A stretch of 32,000 nucleotides of DNA from Bacillus subtilis subsp. subtilis str. 168 (GCF_000009045.1 NC_000964.3:3810001-3842000); one strand, 5' to 3'; shown: positions 1 to 11,551, numbered from the stretch's first letter. Notes: a model not told the origin generated them from the letters alone. Made by a program: numbers and translations.

Positions 1-89
1 TAATTATAATAGTCTACTTTACGACATTTTCTGAGCATTTTCTCTTTTGTTGTATACTGATATTGTACGTTATAAAGGAGGATTCACTT

Positions 90-611
90 ATGTTGAAAAT
101 ATTCACGACGCAGTTAACAGGTATTTTTTCCCGCATTCAGGATAAGGAATCTGACGCGATTGAAGATGGGGCGCGGCTGCTTGCTCAAGCGGTGATCAGC
201 GGGCATTCCATTTATTTATACGGAGCGAATGAGCTTCAGGGCGTCTTTTATGAGGCCACCGAAAGCAAAGAACCCTTCCCATCTGTCAAAGCCTTTCCAG
301 AAAACGCTGAGGAAGTGACAGAAAGCGACAGGGTGCTGATGTTTTGCTCAGGGACGGGCACAGCCGAAGAACAGGAGCTCGCAAAAGAGCTTTATGAAAA
401 AGGTGCGGGAGTCGTATGCGTATCGCCCGCAGCCAAAGACAGTGCGGGAATAGAACAGTATTGTGATGTGCATATTGATTCTAAATTAAAAATGCCGCTT
501 GTTCCCGATGAAGACGGCACCCGTTACGGGTTTCCCTCTTTAATGACAGCACTGTATGTCTATCACGCTTTATCGTTTACACTAAAAGAAATTCTGCAAG
601 AGTATGCATAA
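90..611 (+). CDS. ywjG: YwjG-like protein (DUF2529 family); start at ATG 90 preferred over ORF-track start at 63
   Basis: Protein LKIFTTQLTGIFSRIQDKESDAIEDGARLLAQAV... recognised; strong RBS AAAGGAGG immediately upstream of ATG at 90; adjacent to pyrG. Confidence 0.85.
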   Translation: MLKIFTTQLTGIFSRIQDKESDAIEDGARLLAQAVISGHSIYLYGANELQGVFYEATESKEPFPSVKAFPENAEEVTESDRVLMFCSGTGTAEEQELAKELYEKGAGVVCVSPAAKDSAGIEQYCDVHIDSKLKMPLVPDEDGTRYGFPSLMTALYVYHALSFTLKEILQEYA

Positions 612-649
612 TATCTTATTGTACATGCTGGAACTTGCCGGAAACAAAT

Positions 650-692
650 AAAAAAGACTTGCCCGCTTTTGACAAACGGCAAGTCTTTTTTA
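650..692. terminator. Bidirectional intrinsic terminator between convergent ywjG and pyrG
   Basis: AAAAAGACTTGCC ... GGCAAGTCTTTTTTT; arms 656-663/678-685 flanked by A-run and T-run. Confidence 0.85.
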
Positions 693-2327
<1,635 letters not shown>

Positions 2328-2413
2328 CTACATTTTTAAAATGTACTATTTTATAAAAAATCATTTAGCCTTTTAAATGATTTATAAGAAAAATGAGGGG
2401 TGAAAATAAGAAA

Positions 2414-2441
2414 GCTCCCTTTCAATTTCTTGAAAGGGAGC
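2414..2441 (-). promoter_or_regulatory. pyrG: pyrG leader attenuator (intrinsic terminator hairpin)
   Basis: GCTCCCTTTCAA-loop-TTGAAAGGGAGC, 12-bp perfect stem, 4-nt loop, followed on the minus strand by a T-rich tract (CTTTCTTATTTT); lies between the pyrG promoter and CDS. Confidence 0.88.
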
Positions 2442-2473
2442 ATAACGTACTATGTTCTCTCTTCGTTTTTGAA

Positions 2474-2515
2474 GAGCCCAAAATACATACTACATAGTTC
2501 GACTATGAAAGTCAA
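2474..2515 (-). promoter_or_regulatory. pyrG: pyrG promoter with GGGCTC initially transcribed sequence
   Basis: Minus strand: TTGACT (2515-2510), 17 bp, TAGTAT (2492-2487), 7 nt, GGGCTC (2479-2474). Confidence 0.8.
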
Positions 2516-2541
2516 GATCGTTTTGAAGATGAAATCTGATA

Positions 2542-3063
2542 CTATTTAATTTCCTCTTCTTCATCATCATAGTCTTCATCATCTTCATCAATAATATCTT
2601 CTTCGATCTCAAGATCATCGTCGTCTTCATCAAGATCTTCTTCGTCAAAATCGTCGGCTTCAAGATCGAGTTCTTCCTCAACTTCATCCAAATCAAGGTC
2701 GTCTTCGTCGATCTCTTCAAACTCGTCAAGATCAAGATCTTCTTCGACTGCTTTCTTCGCTTTTTTCTTTTTCGCCTTGACTGTCGGCTGAGTTTCTTCA
2801 TCAAGCTGATCATAAGGATACCAGCTGCGAAGCCCCCACGTCTGGTCAGAAAGCGCCAGGAAGCGGCCGTCAATGTTTAAATCTGTATAAAATTGAGCAA
2901 TGCGGTCTCCAAGCTCTTCTTTTTTCACGCCGAGCAAAGATGCGATTTCATTTAAAAGCTCCTGAAAAGGAACTGGTTTTTTATGTTCTTCAAATAATTC
3001 GTGAGCGATTTCAACTAAAGCCATTTCCTTTAGCTCTTCCTGTGAATATTGTTTGATACCCAA
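2542..3063 (-). CDS. rpoE: RNA polymerase delta subunit, with highly acidic C-terminal tail
   Basis: 173 aa MGIKQYSQEELKEMALVEIAHELFEEHKKPV... followed by a long D/E-rich tail. Confidence 0.97.
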   Translation of the reverse strand: MGIKQYSQEELKEMALVEIAHELFEEHKKPVPFQELLNEIASLLGVKKEELGDRIAQFYTDLNIDGRFLALSDQTWGLRSWYPYDQLDEETQPTVKAKKKKAKKAVEEDLDLDEFEEIDEDDLDLDEVEEELDLEADDFDEEDLDEDDDDLEIEEDIIDEDDEDYDDEEEEIK

Positions 3064-3245
3064 GGTCGGACACTCCCTTTCTATTACTTATATGTATCTG
3101 TTTTATCAATAATGAAAGCGATTTTGTATCGTTCTTATACAAACCATACCTCTCATTATAAACAAAATAAAACAGAATATGCTACCCTTAACAGCGTTAA
3201 TTTAAATAATTTTACAAGAGTGATCCGACTGAGAGATGTTTTCCG

Positions 3246-4385
3246 TTAATCCGCGAGCATTCTGGAGATGACCAGTCTTTGAATTTCTTGAGTGCCTTCA
3301 TAGATTTGCGTGATTTTTGCATCACGCATATAGCGTTCTACCGGATAATCTTTTGTATAGCCGTAGCCGCCGAAAATCTGCACGGCTTCGGTCGTTACCT
3401 TCATCGCCGTATCCCCAGCCATCAGTTTGGACATGGCGGAAGCTTTTCCATATGGAAGGCCCGATGATTCTAACCATGCAGCCTGATAGGTCAGTAGCCT
3501 TGAAGCTTCTATCATTGTCGCCATATCCGCGAGTTTAAAAGCGATGCCCTGCTGCTCGGCGATCGATTTTCCGAATTGCTTTCGCTCTTTTGCATATTGA
3601 AGCGCCGCATCAAGCGCTCCTTGGGCGATGCCTACAGCTTGTGCAGCTATGCCGTTTCTGCCTCCGTCAAGCGTCTTCATCGCGATTTTGAAGCCTTCTC
3701 CTTCTTCTCCGAGACGCTTTGATGCGGGCACTACACAATCTTCGAACATGATTTCCGTTGTCGGTGAAGAACGGATGCCCAGCTTCTTTTCTTTCTTGCC
3801 TGTAAAAAATCCTTCAAAATCCTTTTCTACTATAAAAGCGGTAACGCCTTTTTTCTTTTTCTCGGGATCGGTGACGGCAAAAACAATGTAAATATCAGCA
3901 ACGCCGCCGTTTGTGATAAACACTTTGGAACCATTTAACACATAGTCATCGCCGATTCGTTCAGCAGTTGTTTTCATGCTGCCGGCGTCAGAGCCAGACC
4001 CTGCTTCGGTCAAAGCGAATGCGCCGATTTTCTCTCCGAGAGCCAGCTGTGTTAAGTACTCTGTCTTCTGTTCCTCTGTCCCAAAGGCAAACAGCGGCCA
4101 GCTGCAAAGAGAGATATGGGCGGAAAGCGTCACACCGGTGGAGGCGCACACTTTTGACAGCTCTTCCACCGCGATGACGTAGGCTAAATAGTCACTTCCA
4201 ATTCCGCCGTAATCTTCAGGCCATGGAATTCCCGTCAGGCCCAGATTTGCCATTTCCCGAAACAGCTCGCGATCGAAGCGTTCTTGTTCGTCCCGTTCAG
4301 CCGCTGTCGGGGCCACCTCATGCTTCGCAAAATCGCGCACCAATTTTCGTATCATCTCATGTTCTTCTGATAATGAAAAATTCAT
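3246..4385 (-). CDS. acdA: Acyl-CoA dehydrogenase
   Basis: 379 aa; [59 protein letters not shown]; start codon overlaps the fadF stop. Confidence 0.95.
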
Positions 4386-6499
4386 TGCTTCTCCCCCATT
4401 TTCAGATCAGCGCCTAAAACGGATTGAGCCAGAAGCTCGACGACGTCGTACGTTTTGACTTGGTCTTCGGCTTCCTTCGCCTTTGTGCCGTCCCCAAGCA
4501 TCGTGAGACAATACGGACAGCCAGAACTGATCACCGATGGGTTGACTGCGAGCGCTTGCTCTGTCCTGGCGACGTTAATCCTGTTGCCTGTTTCTTCCTC
4601 CATCCACATTAATCCCCCGCCGGCTCCGCAGCACATGCCGGTTTCCCGGCTTCTCTCCATTTCAACAAGCTGCACGCCCGGAATGGCTTTCAAAATCTCT
4701 CTCGGCGGATCATAGACTTCATTGTACCGGCCCAAATAGCACGAATCATGGAAGGTAATCGTCTCATGAAGCGGGTGCTGCGGTCTTAATTTTCCGTTTT
4801 TCACAAGCTCGGCCAGCACTTCTGTATGATGATAAACCTCGCCTTCAAATCCGAAATCCGGATATTCGTTTTTAAATAAATTGTATGCATGGGGATCGAT
4901 CGTAACGATTTTTTTGACATCATTTTTTTCAAATTCAGAAATATTCTTCTCAGCCAGCTCTTGGAACAAAAATTCATTTCCGAGGCGGCGCGGCGTGTCT
5001 CCTGAATTTTTTTCTTTATTGCCGAGAATCGCGAAGGACACGCCCGCGTGATTGAGCAGCTTGGCAAAGGAAATTGCGATTTTCTGGCTTCTGTTGTCGT
5101 AAGACCCCATGGAGCCTACCCAGAAAAGGTACTCAAATTCTTTTCCTTCTTTTTTCATTTCTTTTACAGTCGGAATCTCAGCATCCGGCGCCTCGTCACG
5201 CCAATTTTCACGTTCCTTGCGGTTGAGTCCCCACGGATTCCCTTGCCGCTCAATACTTGTCATTGCGCGCTGGGCGTCACTGTCCATTTTTCCTTCTGTC
5301 AGTACGAGGTAGCGGCGGAGGTCGATGATTTTATCCACGTGCTCATTCATGACCGGGCATTGATCCTCACAGTTCCGGCAAGTGGTGCATGCCCAAATTT
5401 CTTCCTCTGTGATGACGTCGCCGATCAAGCTTGGATTGTAATCAAGCGCCGCTGCGGCTTCCTGCGATCCGCTGCCCGCTGACGCCGCAGCCAGCTGATT
5501 GCCTCTCGTATGCCGAAACGCTGCTGCGGGCACCCATGGGGAGCGCGAGGTGACGGCAGCGCCTTTTTCCGTGAGATGGTCTCTGAGACGCAAAATCAAG
5601 TCCATCGGAGAAAGCATTTTTCCGGTGCCTGTTGCAGGACACATATTGGTACAGCGGCCGCACTCGACACACGCGTATAGATCAAGCAGCTGAGACTGTC
5701 TGAAATCCTCAATTTTTCCCGCTCCGTAGCTTTCTTTCGTTTCGTCGGTAAAATCAATTTTTTCAAGTTTTCCGGCAGATTCCATTCGATTGAAAAAGAC
5801 GTTTGCCGGGCCGGCGATTAAATGGGCATGCTTTGACTGAGGCACGTACACTAAAAAGCTAAGCAAGAATAGGAGATGGATCCACCATGCGATATAGAAA
5901 ATCACCGCCGCGCCTGTTTTCCCGACACCGCTAAGCATAAACGCAATACCTGAGGCAATTGGCTCGCTCCAAGAAAGCCCATGCTCATGCCAAATCAGAT
6001 TCATCCCGTTCCCAAGCAGAACGGTCAGCATTAATCCTCCGATAAAAATGAGAACGAGTCCGGCTTTGAAACCGCGTTTCAGCCTCACGAGCTTTTCGAT
6101 ATAACGTCTGTAGAATGCCCACCCAACAGCAATTAAAATGAGAAACGTAACAATTTCCTGAAAAAAGGTGAAGGCGGGATAGACCGGGCCAAGCGACAGA
6201 TTCCGGCCGGGAGCCAGTCCTTTGATGATAAAGTCAATTGCTCCGAACTGAACCAATATAAATCCGTAGAAAAACATGACGTGAATGATTCCGCTTTTCT
6301 TGTCCTTGAGCAGTTTTTTCTGTCCGAATACATTCACCCATATGGCGTGAAGCCGTTCCTTGAACCGTTGATCAAATTGTTCTTTCTGGCCGAGCTTGAT
6401 GTAGGCCAGTCTCGTTTTGACCAAGTAAACAAACAAATAGACAGCGTAAGCGGTTACAATCAGAAATAATAATGCATTTGCGATGAGAAAGCCGCTCAT
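4382..6499 (-). CDS. fadF: Iron-sulfur-binding reductase (CCG-domain/heterodisulfide reductase-like) with N-terminal membrane domain
   Basis: 705 aa; two 4Fe-4S motifs ([24 protein letters not shown]), CCG-type motifs near the C-terminus ([16 protein letters not shown]), N-terminal TM segments; overlaps acdA by 4 nt. Confidence 0.92.
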
Positions 6500-6578
6500 T
6501 CCAATTCCCCCTTTTTACTGATAAAGACCGCGATCCCCTACCCCCGAATCTGTATAAGATTATCTTTATGATAAATAA

Positions 6579-6596
6579 TGAATGAGTGTTCAGTCA
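6579..6596. promoter_or_regulatory. Candidate FadR operator
   Basis: TGAATGAGTGTTCAGTCA, matching TGAnTGAnTnnTCAnTCA; between divergent fadF and ywjE; overlaps a minus-strand TTGACT. Confidence 0.75.
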
Positions 6597-6653
6597 ATAA
6601 TTAAATTCCTGCTGTTCGGGCACACTACCTTTACTACGGAAAGGAGTGCCGGT

Positions 6654-7850
6654 ATGAAGGTATTTATCGTGATTATGATCATTGTCGTTATTTTCTTTGC
6701 CTTGATTCTGCTTGATATCTTCATGGGCCGTGCCGGATACAGAAAAAAGGCGTACGAGCCTGTTTTTTCAAAAAAGAAGAGTGACATCGAATTGATCCAC
6801 TGCGGCGCTGATCTCGTTGAGCGGATGATGAATGATATTCGCCAGGCCGCCTCTTCTGTTCACATGATGTTTTTTATTATGAAAAATGATGAGGTCAGCC
6901 ACAATATGTATACCTTGCTGAAAACAAAAGCCCAAGCTGGCGTATCCGTTTATTTGCTTCTGGATTGGGCGGGCTGCCGGGCAATTAAAAAAACGGCGCT
7001 TCAGACGATGAAAAATGCCGGCGTCCATGTCCATGTGATGAATCGTCCCCGTTTTCCTTTTTTCTTTTTTCACATGCAAAAACGGAATCACCGGAAGATT
7101 ACGGTGATAGACGGAAAAATCGGTTATATCGGCGGGTTTAATATCGCCGAAGAATATCTTGGAAAGAAGGCGAAGTTCGGCAATTGGGAGGATTATCATC
7201 TGCGCATGATCGGAGAAGGCGTACATGATCTTCAAACGCTTTTTGCTTCTGATCTAAAACGAAATACCGGAATCGAACTGGGTTCGGATGTTTGGCCAAA
7301 GCTTCAGCAAGGGACTATTTCTCACAAGATCTATGCGACCGACGGTTATTCCCTTGAAAACATATACTTGGCCAACATTGCCCAAGCGAAGAATCGCCTT
7401 ACGGTTTGCACGCCTTATTACATTCCATCAAAACCGCTTCAAGAGGCCCTTATTAACGCAAGAAAAAACGGCGTATCCGTGAGAATCATTGTACCGATGA
7501 AATCAGACCATCCGCTGGTACGAGAAGCGGCTTTTACGTATTATTCGGAGCTCTTGGATGCCGGCTGTCTTATTTATCGTTATTATCAAGGGTTTTATCA
7601 TGTAAAAGCCCTCATCATAGACGACCATCTCAGCATTATCGGAACAGCCAACTTCGATAAACGGAGCCTGTTCTTAAATGAAGAGGTGAATGTTGAAATT
7701 GATGACGAAGCGTTTACAAGTGAAGTCTATGCCACAATTGAGGAGGATATGAAAAAGTCGGAGCTGCTGACGATGGAGGATTTCAGCAAGCGCACATTCA
7801 GGCAGCGCCCGGCGGAATGGCTCGGCAGGGCATTATCTTATTTCTTATAA
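6654..7850 (+). CDS. ywjE: Phospholipase D-family cardiolipin synthase-like protein; start at ATG 6654 preferred
   Basis: 398 aa from MKVFIVIMIIVVIFFALILLD; two HKD motifs (HRKITVIDGKIGYIGG, HVKALIIDDHLSIIGTANFD); RBS AAAGGAG upstream. Also called clsB. Confidence 0.9.
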   Translation: MKVFIVIMIIVVIFFALILLDIFMGRAGYRKKAYEPVFSKKKSDIELIHCGADLVERMMNDIRQAASSVHMMFFIMKNDEVSHNMYTLLKTKAQAGVSVYLLLDWAGCRAIKKTALQTMKNAGVHVHVMNRPRFPFFFFHMQKRNHRKITVIDGKIGYIGGFNIAEEYLGKKAKFGNWEDYHLRMIGEGVHDLQTLFASDLKRNTGIELGSDVWPKLQQGTISHKIYATDGYSLENIYLANIAQAKNRLTVCTPYYIPSKPLQEALINARKNGVSVRIIVPMKSDHPLVREAAFTYYSELLDAGCLIYRYYQGFYHVKALIIDDHLSIIGTANFDKRSLFLNEEVNVEIDDEAFTSEVYATIEEDMKKSELLTMEDFSKRTFRQRPAEWLGRALSYFL

Positions 7851-7862
7851 AGGAGAGTTCCT

Positions 7863-8825
7863 ATGATTTTCAGATTCGGGTTCGTTTCAAATGCGATGAG
7901 CCTTTGGGATGCGTCTCCCGCTAAAACATTGACATTCGCGCGTTATTCAAAGCTTTCAAAGACTGAAAGAAAAGAAGCGCTTCTGACTGTGACAAAAGCC
8001 AATTTGCGCAATACGATGAGAACCCTTCACTATATCATCGGCCACGGCATTCCTTTGTACCGTTTTTCCAGTTCGATTGTGCCGCTGGCTACGCATCCCG
8101 ACGTGATGTGGGATTTTGTAACACCGTTTCAAAAAGAGTTTCGGGAGATTGGAGAGCTTGTTAAAACCCATCAACTGCGAACAAGCTTTCATCCAAATCA
8201 ATTCACTCTGTTTACGAGCCCGAAGGAATCCGTCACAAAAAATGCGGTAACAGATATGGCGTATCACTACCGCATGCTTGAGGCCATGGGCATTGCTGAT
8301 CGCTCCGTTATCAACATTCATATTGGCGGCGCTTACGGAAATAAAGACACCGCCACTGCACAATTTCATCAAAATATAAAACAGCTGCCGCAGGAGATCA
8401 AAGAGCGGATGACACTTGAAAATGATGATAAAACATATACAACGGAAGAAACGCTTCAGGTCTGTGAGCAGGAGGATGTTCCGTTTGTCTTTGACTTTCA
8501 TCATTTTTACGCCAATCCAGACGATCACGCCGACCTGAATGTAGCACTGCCCCGCATGATCAAAACGTGGGAGCGGATCGGCCTTCAGCCAAAGGTTCAC
8601 TTGTCTTCCCCAAAATCGGAGCAAGCGATACGCAGCCACGCCGATTATGTTGACGCCAACTTTTTGCTGCCACTGTTGGAACGCTTTAGGCAATGGGGAA
8701 CTAATATTGATTTCATGATTGAAGCAAAGCAGAAAGACAAGGCGCTTCTCCGCTTGATGGATGAATTAAGCTCCATCCGCGGTGTCAAACGCATCGGGGG
8801 CGGTGCGCTGCAATGGAAGTCATAA
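7863..8825 (+). CDS. uvsE: UV DNA damage endonuclease (UVDE family)
   Basis: 320 aa [25 protein letters not shown]..., [28 protein letters not shown]. Confidence 0.92.
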
Positions 8826-8839
8826 ATGTGCAAAAATAG

Positions 8840-8865
8840 GTTTACGACTTGTCAGCTTTGGGAAC
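8840..8865 (+). promoter_or_regulatory. Candidate SigB promoter for ywjC
   Basis: GTTTAC (8840-8845), 14 bp, GGGAAC (8860-8865), 40 bp upstream of the ywjC ATG. Confidence 0.6.
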
Positions 8866-8905
8866 TTAGGCTATATAAGACAACAATCGATGGAGGAGAA
8901 AGATC

Positions 8906-9178
8906 ATGAAAAATATCAAGTCTCTGAAAGTAGCCGCACAGGCCTTTACTTTAAGAAATTTGATTCATCTTTATAAAATGTGCCATTCCGGAAGCCACGA
9001 GGTTTATATTTATTCAAAGAAAACGATGTGCAAAATCAAAAGCTTAATTGAGCTTGAAACGTTCCGCATGGCTCATAATGAAAAGGAATATCTGATCGTA
9101 GTTGAAGGAACAAAAGCATCACAGCTCATTGAAAAATTCCAAAATCTCATCGAGCCTGCTGAGAGAGAAGCGCTCTAA
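8906..9178 (+). CDS. ywjC: Small protein YwjC, HPr-like by manual alignment
   Basis: 90 aa ORF, RBS GGAGGAG upstream, own terminator downstream. Confidence 0.85.
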   Translation: MKNIKSLKVAAQAFTLRNLIHLYKMCHSGSHEVYIYSKKTMCKIKSLIELETFRMAHNEKEYLIVVEGTKASQLIEKFQNLIEPAEREAL

Positions 9179-9188
9179 CTTACATACA

Positions 9189-9218
9189 AAAAAGGATAGA
9201 CATCTGTCTATCCTTTTT
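9189..9218. terminator. Intrinsic terminator between convergent ywjC and ywjB
   Basis: AAAAAGGATAGAC-ATCT-GTCTATCCTTTTT, 13-bp arms. Confidence 0.92.
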
Positions 9219-9219
9219 C

Positions 9220-9744
9220 TTATGCTCTTACATAATGGAGCTGAACCGCTTGTCCAAATTGTTTTGTCCCTTTTAACCGCAGTTTTGTTTCATTTGTTAG
9301 TTCGTGAAACAGCGGGATGCCGCTTCCTAAAACGACGGGAATAACAGTGATGATGAATTCGTCGATGGCATCTTCTTTCATAAAGTCATTCACAAGCTCT
9401 GCCCCGCCAGCTATCCAGATGTTTGAGCCTTTTTCCTGTTTCAAACGGGCAGTGAAGGCTCTGGCTCCCTCATTGATAAACGTCACATGTTCATCTTGAT
9501 AACTGTCGGGCGATCCTGTAAAAACATAGCAGGTTTTATCCTGATACGGGAAAACCGGTGTTAGCACTTTAACGTGCTCATATGTGCTCCGCCCTAAAAT
9601 GACTGTATCAACAGTCTGATAAAAATCACTGTAGCCGTTGTCACCTTCACCTTCAAATTCATCCAGCCAATCGATGCTTCCATCTTCTTTTGCGATCATC
9701 CCGTCCAATGAAACAGCAATGTACAGCACAGTTTTTCTTTCCAT
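9220..9744 (-). CDS. ywjB: Dihydrofolate reductase-like (RibD C-terminal domain) protein
   Basis: 174 aa; MERKTVLYIAVSLDGMIAKEDGSIDWLDEFE, VILGRSTYEHV, IWIAGGAELV. Confidence 0.9.
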   Translation of the reverse strand: MERKTVLYIAVSLDGMIAKEDGSIDWLDEFEGEGDNGYSDFYQTVDTVILGRSTYEHVKVLTPVFPYQDKTCYVFTGSPDSYQDEHVTFINEGARAFTARLKQEKGSNIWIAGGAELVNDFMKEDAIDEFIITVIPVVLGSGIPLFHELTNETKLRLKGTKQFGQAVQLHYVRA

Positions 9745-9753
9745 GTTCTCCTC

Positions 9754-11481
9754 CTATCGATGCACCATTTGCCCGAATTGCGCTTGATGCAGCCTGCTGT
9801 ATAGGCCTCCGGCTTCGATCAGGTCTTGATGACGGCCTTGTTCTTCAATACCGTTGTTTGTGACGACTACAATTCTGTCCGCGTCTTTGATTGTTGCCAG
9901 CCTGTGGGCGATGACAAGCGTCGTGCGCCCCTCAGACAACTCTTGAAGCGCCTTTTGGATCGCCGCTTCCGTCTCTGTATCAAGGGCTGAGGTGGCTTCG
10001 TCGAGAATCAAGATCGACGGATTTTTCAAGAACATCCTTGCAATTGACAGACGCTGTTTTTGCCCGCCGGAAAGCTTCACGCCGCGTTCGCCAATCATAG
10101 TATCCAACCCATCGGGCATGTTATGGACGAGCTCTTCCAGATGCGCCTGCTTCACAGCTTGCCAAATGTCTTCTTCTGATGCGCCTAGTCGGCCGTAGGC
10201 GATATTTTCTCTAAGCGTGCCCGAGAATAAGAAAACGTCCTGCTGCACGACGCCAATCTGCCCGCGCAACGAAGAAAGCGTCATGTCTTTTATACTGATG
10301 CCGTCAATCGTAATGTCGCCCTCCGATGCTTCATAAAAACGCGGAAGCAGACTGCAAAGCGTTGATTTCCCAGCACCTGACGGACCGACGAACGCCACCG
10401 TTTCCCCCGCTTGAATGGATAGGTTGATGTCATTGAGGACATTGTGATGGTCATCATAGCCAAACGAAACATGTTTATAGCGGATATTGCCCTTCAGGCC
10501 GGAAACATCTTTCGAATCAGGTGAGTCCTGAATATCCGGCTCTGTCTCCATGAGCTCCATATAGCTTTTGAAACCCGCGATCCCCCTCGGATACATTTCG
10601 ATAATGGCATTAATTTTGTCAATAGGCCTGAACAGCACATTCGTCAAGAGTACAAACGCCACAAATTCCCCGTACGATAAGGAGCCGCGAATGACAAACC
10701 ACGTCCCGCACAAAAGGACAAACAGCGTGACAAACCGGGTCAGCATATAGCTGATTGAACCGTTTTTCGCCATGATTTTGTAGGAAGAAAGCTTTGTGAC
10801 ACGAAAACGCTGGTTGTTGACGGCGAAGCGTTCTTTTTCAAATGCTTCATTTCCGAACGCCTGCACAAGCCGGATGCCGCCGATGTTATTTTCTACACGC
10901 GCGCTGAAGTCTCCGATATCCTTGTTCAGCGTGGTAAATGCTTTGGTCATTTTTTTGTTGAAATAAAGCGCTAGCCAAATGACGATCGGCATAATGATAA
11001 ACGTTAATAAAGCAAGCTGCCAGTTAATAAACAGCATCACTCCGAACGCCCCGAGAATGGTCATGACCGCAATGAATAAGTCTTCCGGTCCGTGATGGGC
11101 GACTTCACCGATATACATTAAATCGTTCGTGAGCTTCGACATCAGCGTTCCCGTCTTGTTGTTGTCGTAAAATTTGAACGAGAGCTTTTGCAAATGGTCA
11201 AAAAGCGACTTTCTCATATCAGTCTCAATATTGATACCAAGCATGTGTCCCCAGTAGGTCACGATATACTGAAGAGCCGAGCTGAGCGCGTACACCGCAA
11301 ATAACCCGATTGAGGTCGCGATGATCAGTCCCCAGTCCCTGCCCGGCAGCAAGGTATCAATAAAATAATTGACGATCAAAGGAAAACTCAGCTCCATTAA
11401 ACCTCCCGCGATCGCTGAGAAAAAGTCGAGAAAGAACAACGTTTTATATGGTTTATAATATGAAAAAAATTGCCGCAGCAC
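9754..11481 (-). CDS. ywjA: ABC exporter (fused membrane + ATPase); GTG start at 11481 preferred over ATG 11496
   Basis: Walker A GPSGAGKST, signature LSGGQKQR, Walker B ILILDEATSALD; GGGGGAAG lies ahead of GTG-CTG-CGG. Confidence 0.9.
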   Translation of the reverse strand: MLRQFFSYYKPYKTLFFLDFFSAIAGGLMELSFPLIVNYFIDTLLPGRDWGLIIATSIGLFAVYALSSALQYIVTYWGHMLGINIETDMRKSLFDHLQKLSFKFYDNNKTGTLMSKLTNDLMYIGEVAHHGPEDLFIAVMTILGAFGVMLFINWQLALLTFIIMPIVIWLALYFNKKMTKAFTTLNKDIGDFSARVENNIGGIRLVQAFGNEAFEKERFAVNNQRFRVTKLSSYKIMAKNGSISYMLTRFVTLFVLLCGTWFVIRGSLSYGEFVAFVLLTNVLFRPIDKINAIIEMYPRGIAGFKSYMELMETEPDIQDSPDSKDVSGLKGNIRYKHVSFGYDDHHNVLNDINLSIQAGETVAFVGPSGAGKSTLCSLLPRFYEASEGDITIDGISIKDMTLSSLRGQIGVVQQDVFLFSGTLRENIAYGRLGASEEDIWQAVKQAHLEELVHNMPDGLDTMIGERGVKLSGGQKQRLSIARMFLKNPSILILDEATSALDTETEAAIQKALQELSEGRTTLVIAHRLATIKDADRIVVVTNNGIEEQGRHQDLIEAGGLYSRLHQAQFGQMVHR

Positions 11482-11523
11482 CCTATCTTCCCCCAATGTA
11501 TAAATAACTGATAATATTTCTCA

Positions 11524-11551
11524 ATTATACTATACACGGGCTGTTTTGTAA
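11524..11551 (-). promoter_or_regulatory. Candidate SigA-type promoter for ywjA
   Basis: Minus strand TTACAA, 16 bp, TATAAT. Confidence 0.5.

Noticed and set aside
2414-2441. Hairpin as a simple rpoE terminator
   Set aside because: It lies downstream of the pyrG promoter and start site, so it is better explained as the pyrG leader attenuator, although it could also stop rpoE read-through.
2490-2873. 127-aa basic ORF (-) overlapping rpoE
   Set aside because: Alternative frame of the D/E-rich repeat codons of the delta C-terminus, giving artificial K/M/T-rich sequence.
5048-5482. 144-aa plus-strand ORF inside fadF
   Set aside because: Antisense shadow of fadF; low-complexity FFFHFF-type sequence and no start signals.
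6768-7235. 155-aa minus-strand ORF opposite ywjE
   Set aside because: Antisense to a well-supported HKD-family CDS.
7956-8693. 245-aa minus-strand ORF opposite uvsE
   Set aside because: Long, but antisense to the recognised UVDE endonuclease gene; its protein is unrecognisable and has no apparent RBS.
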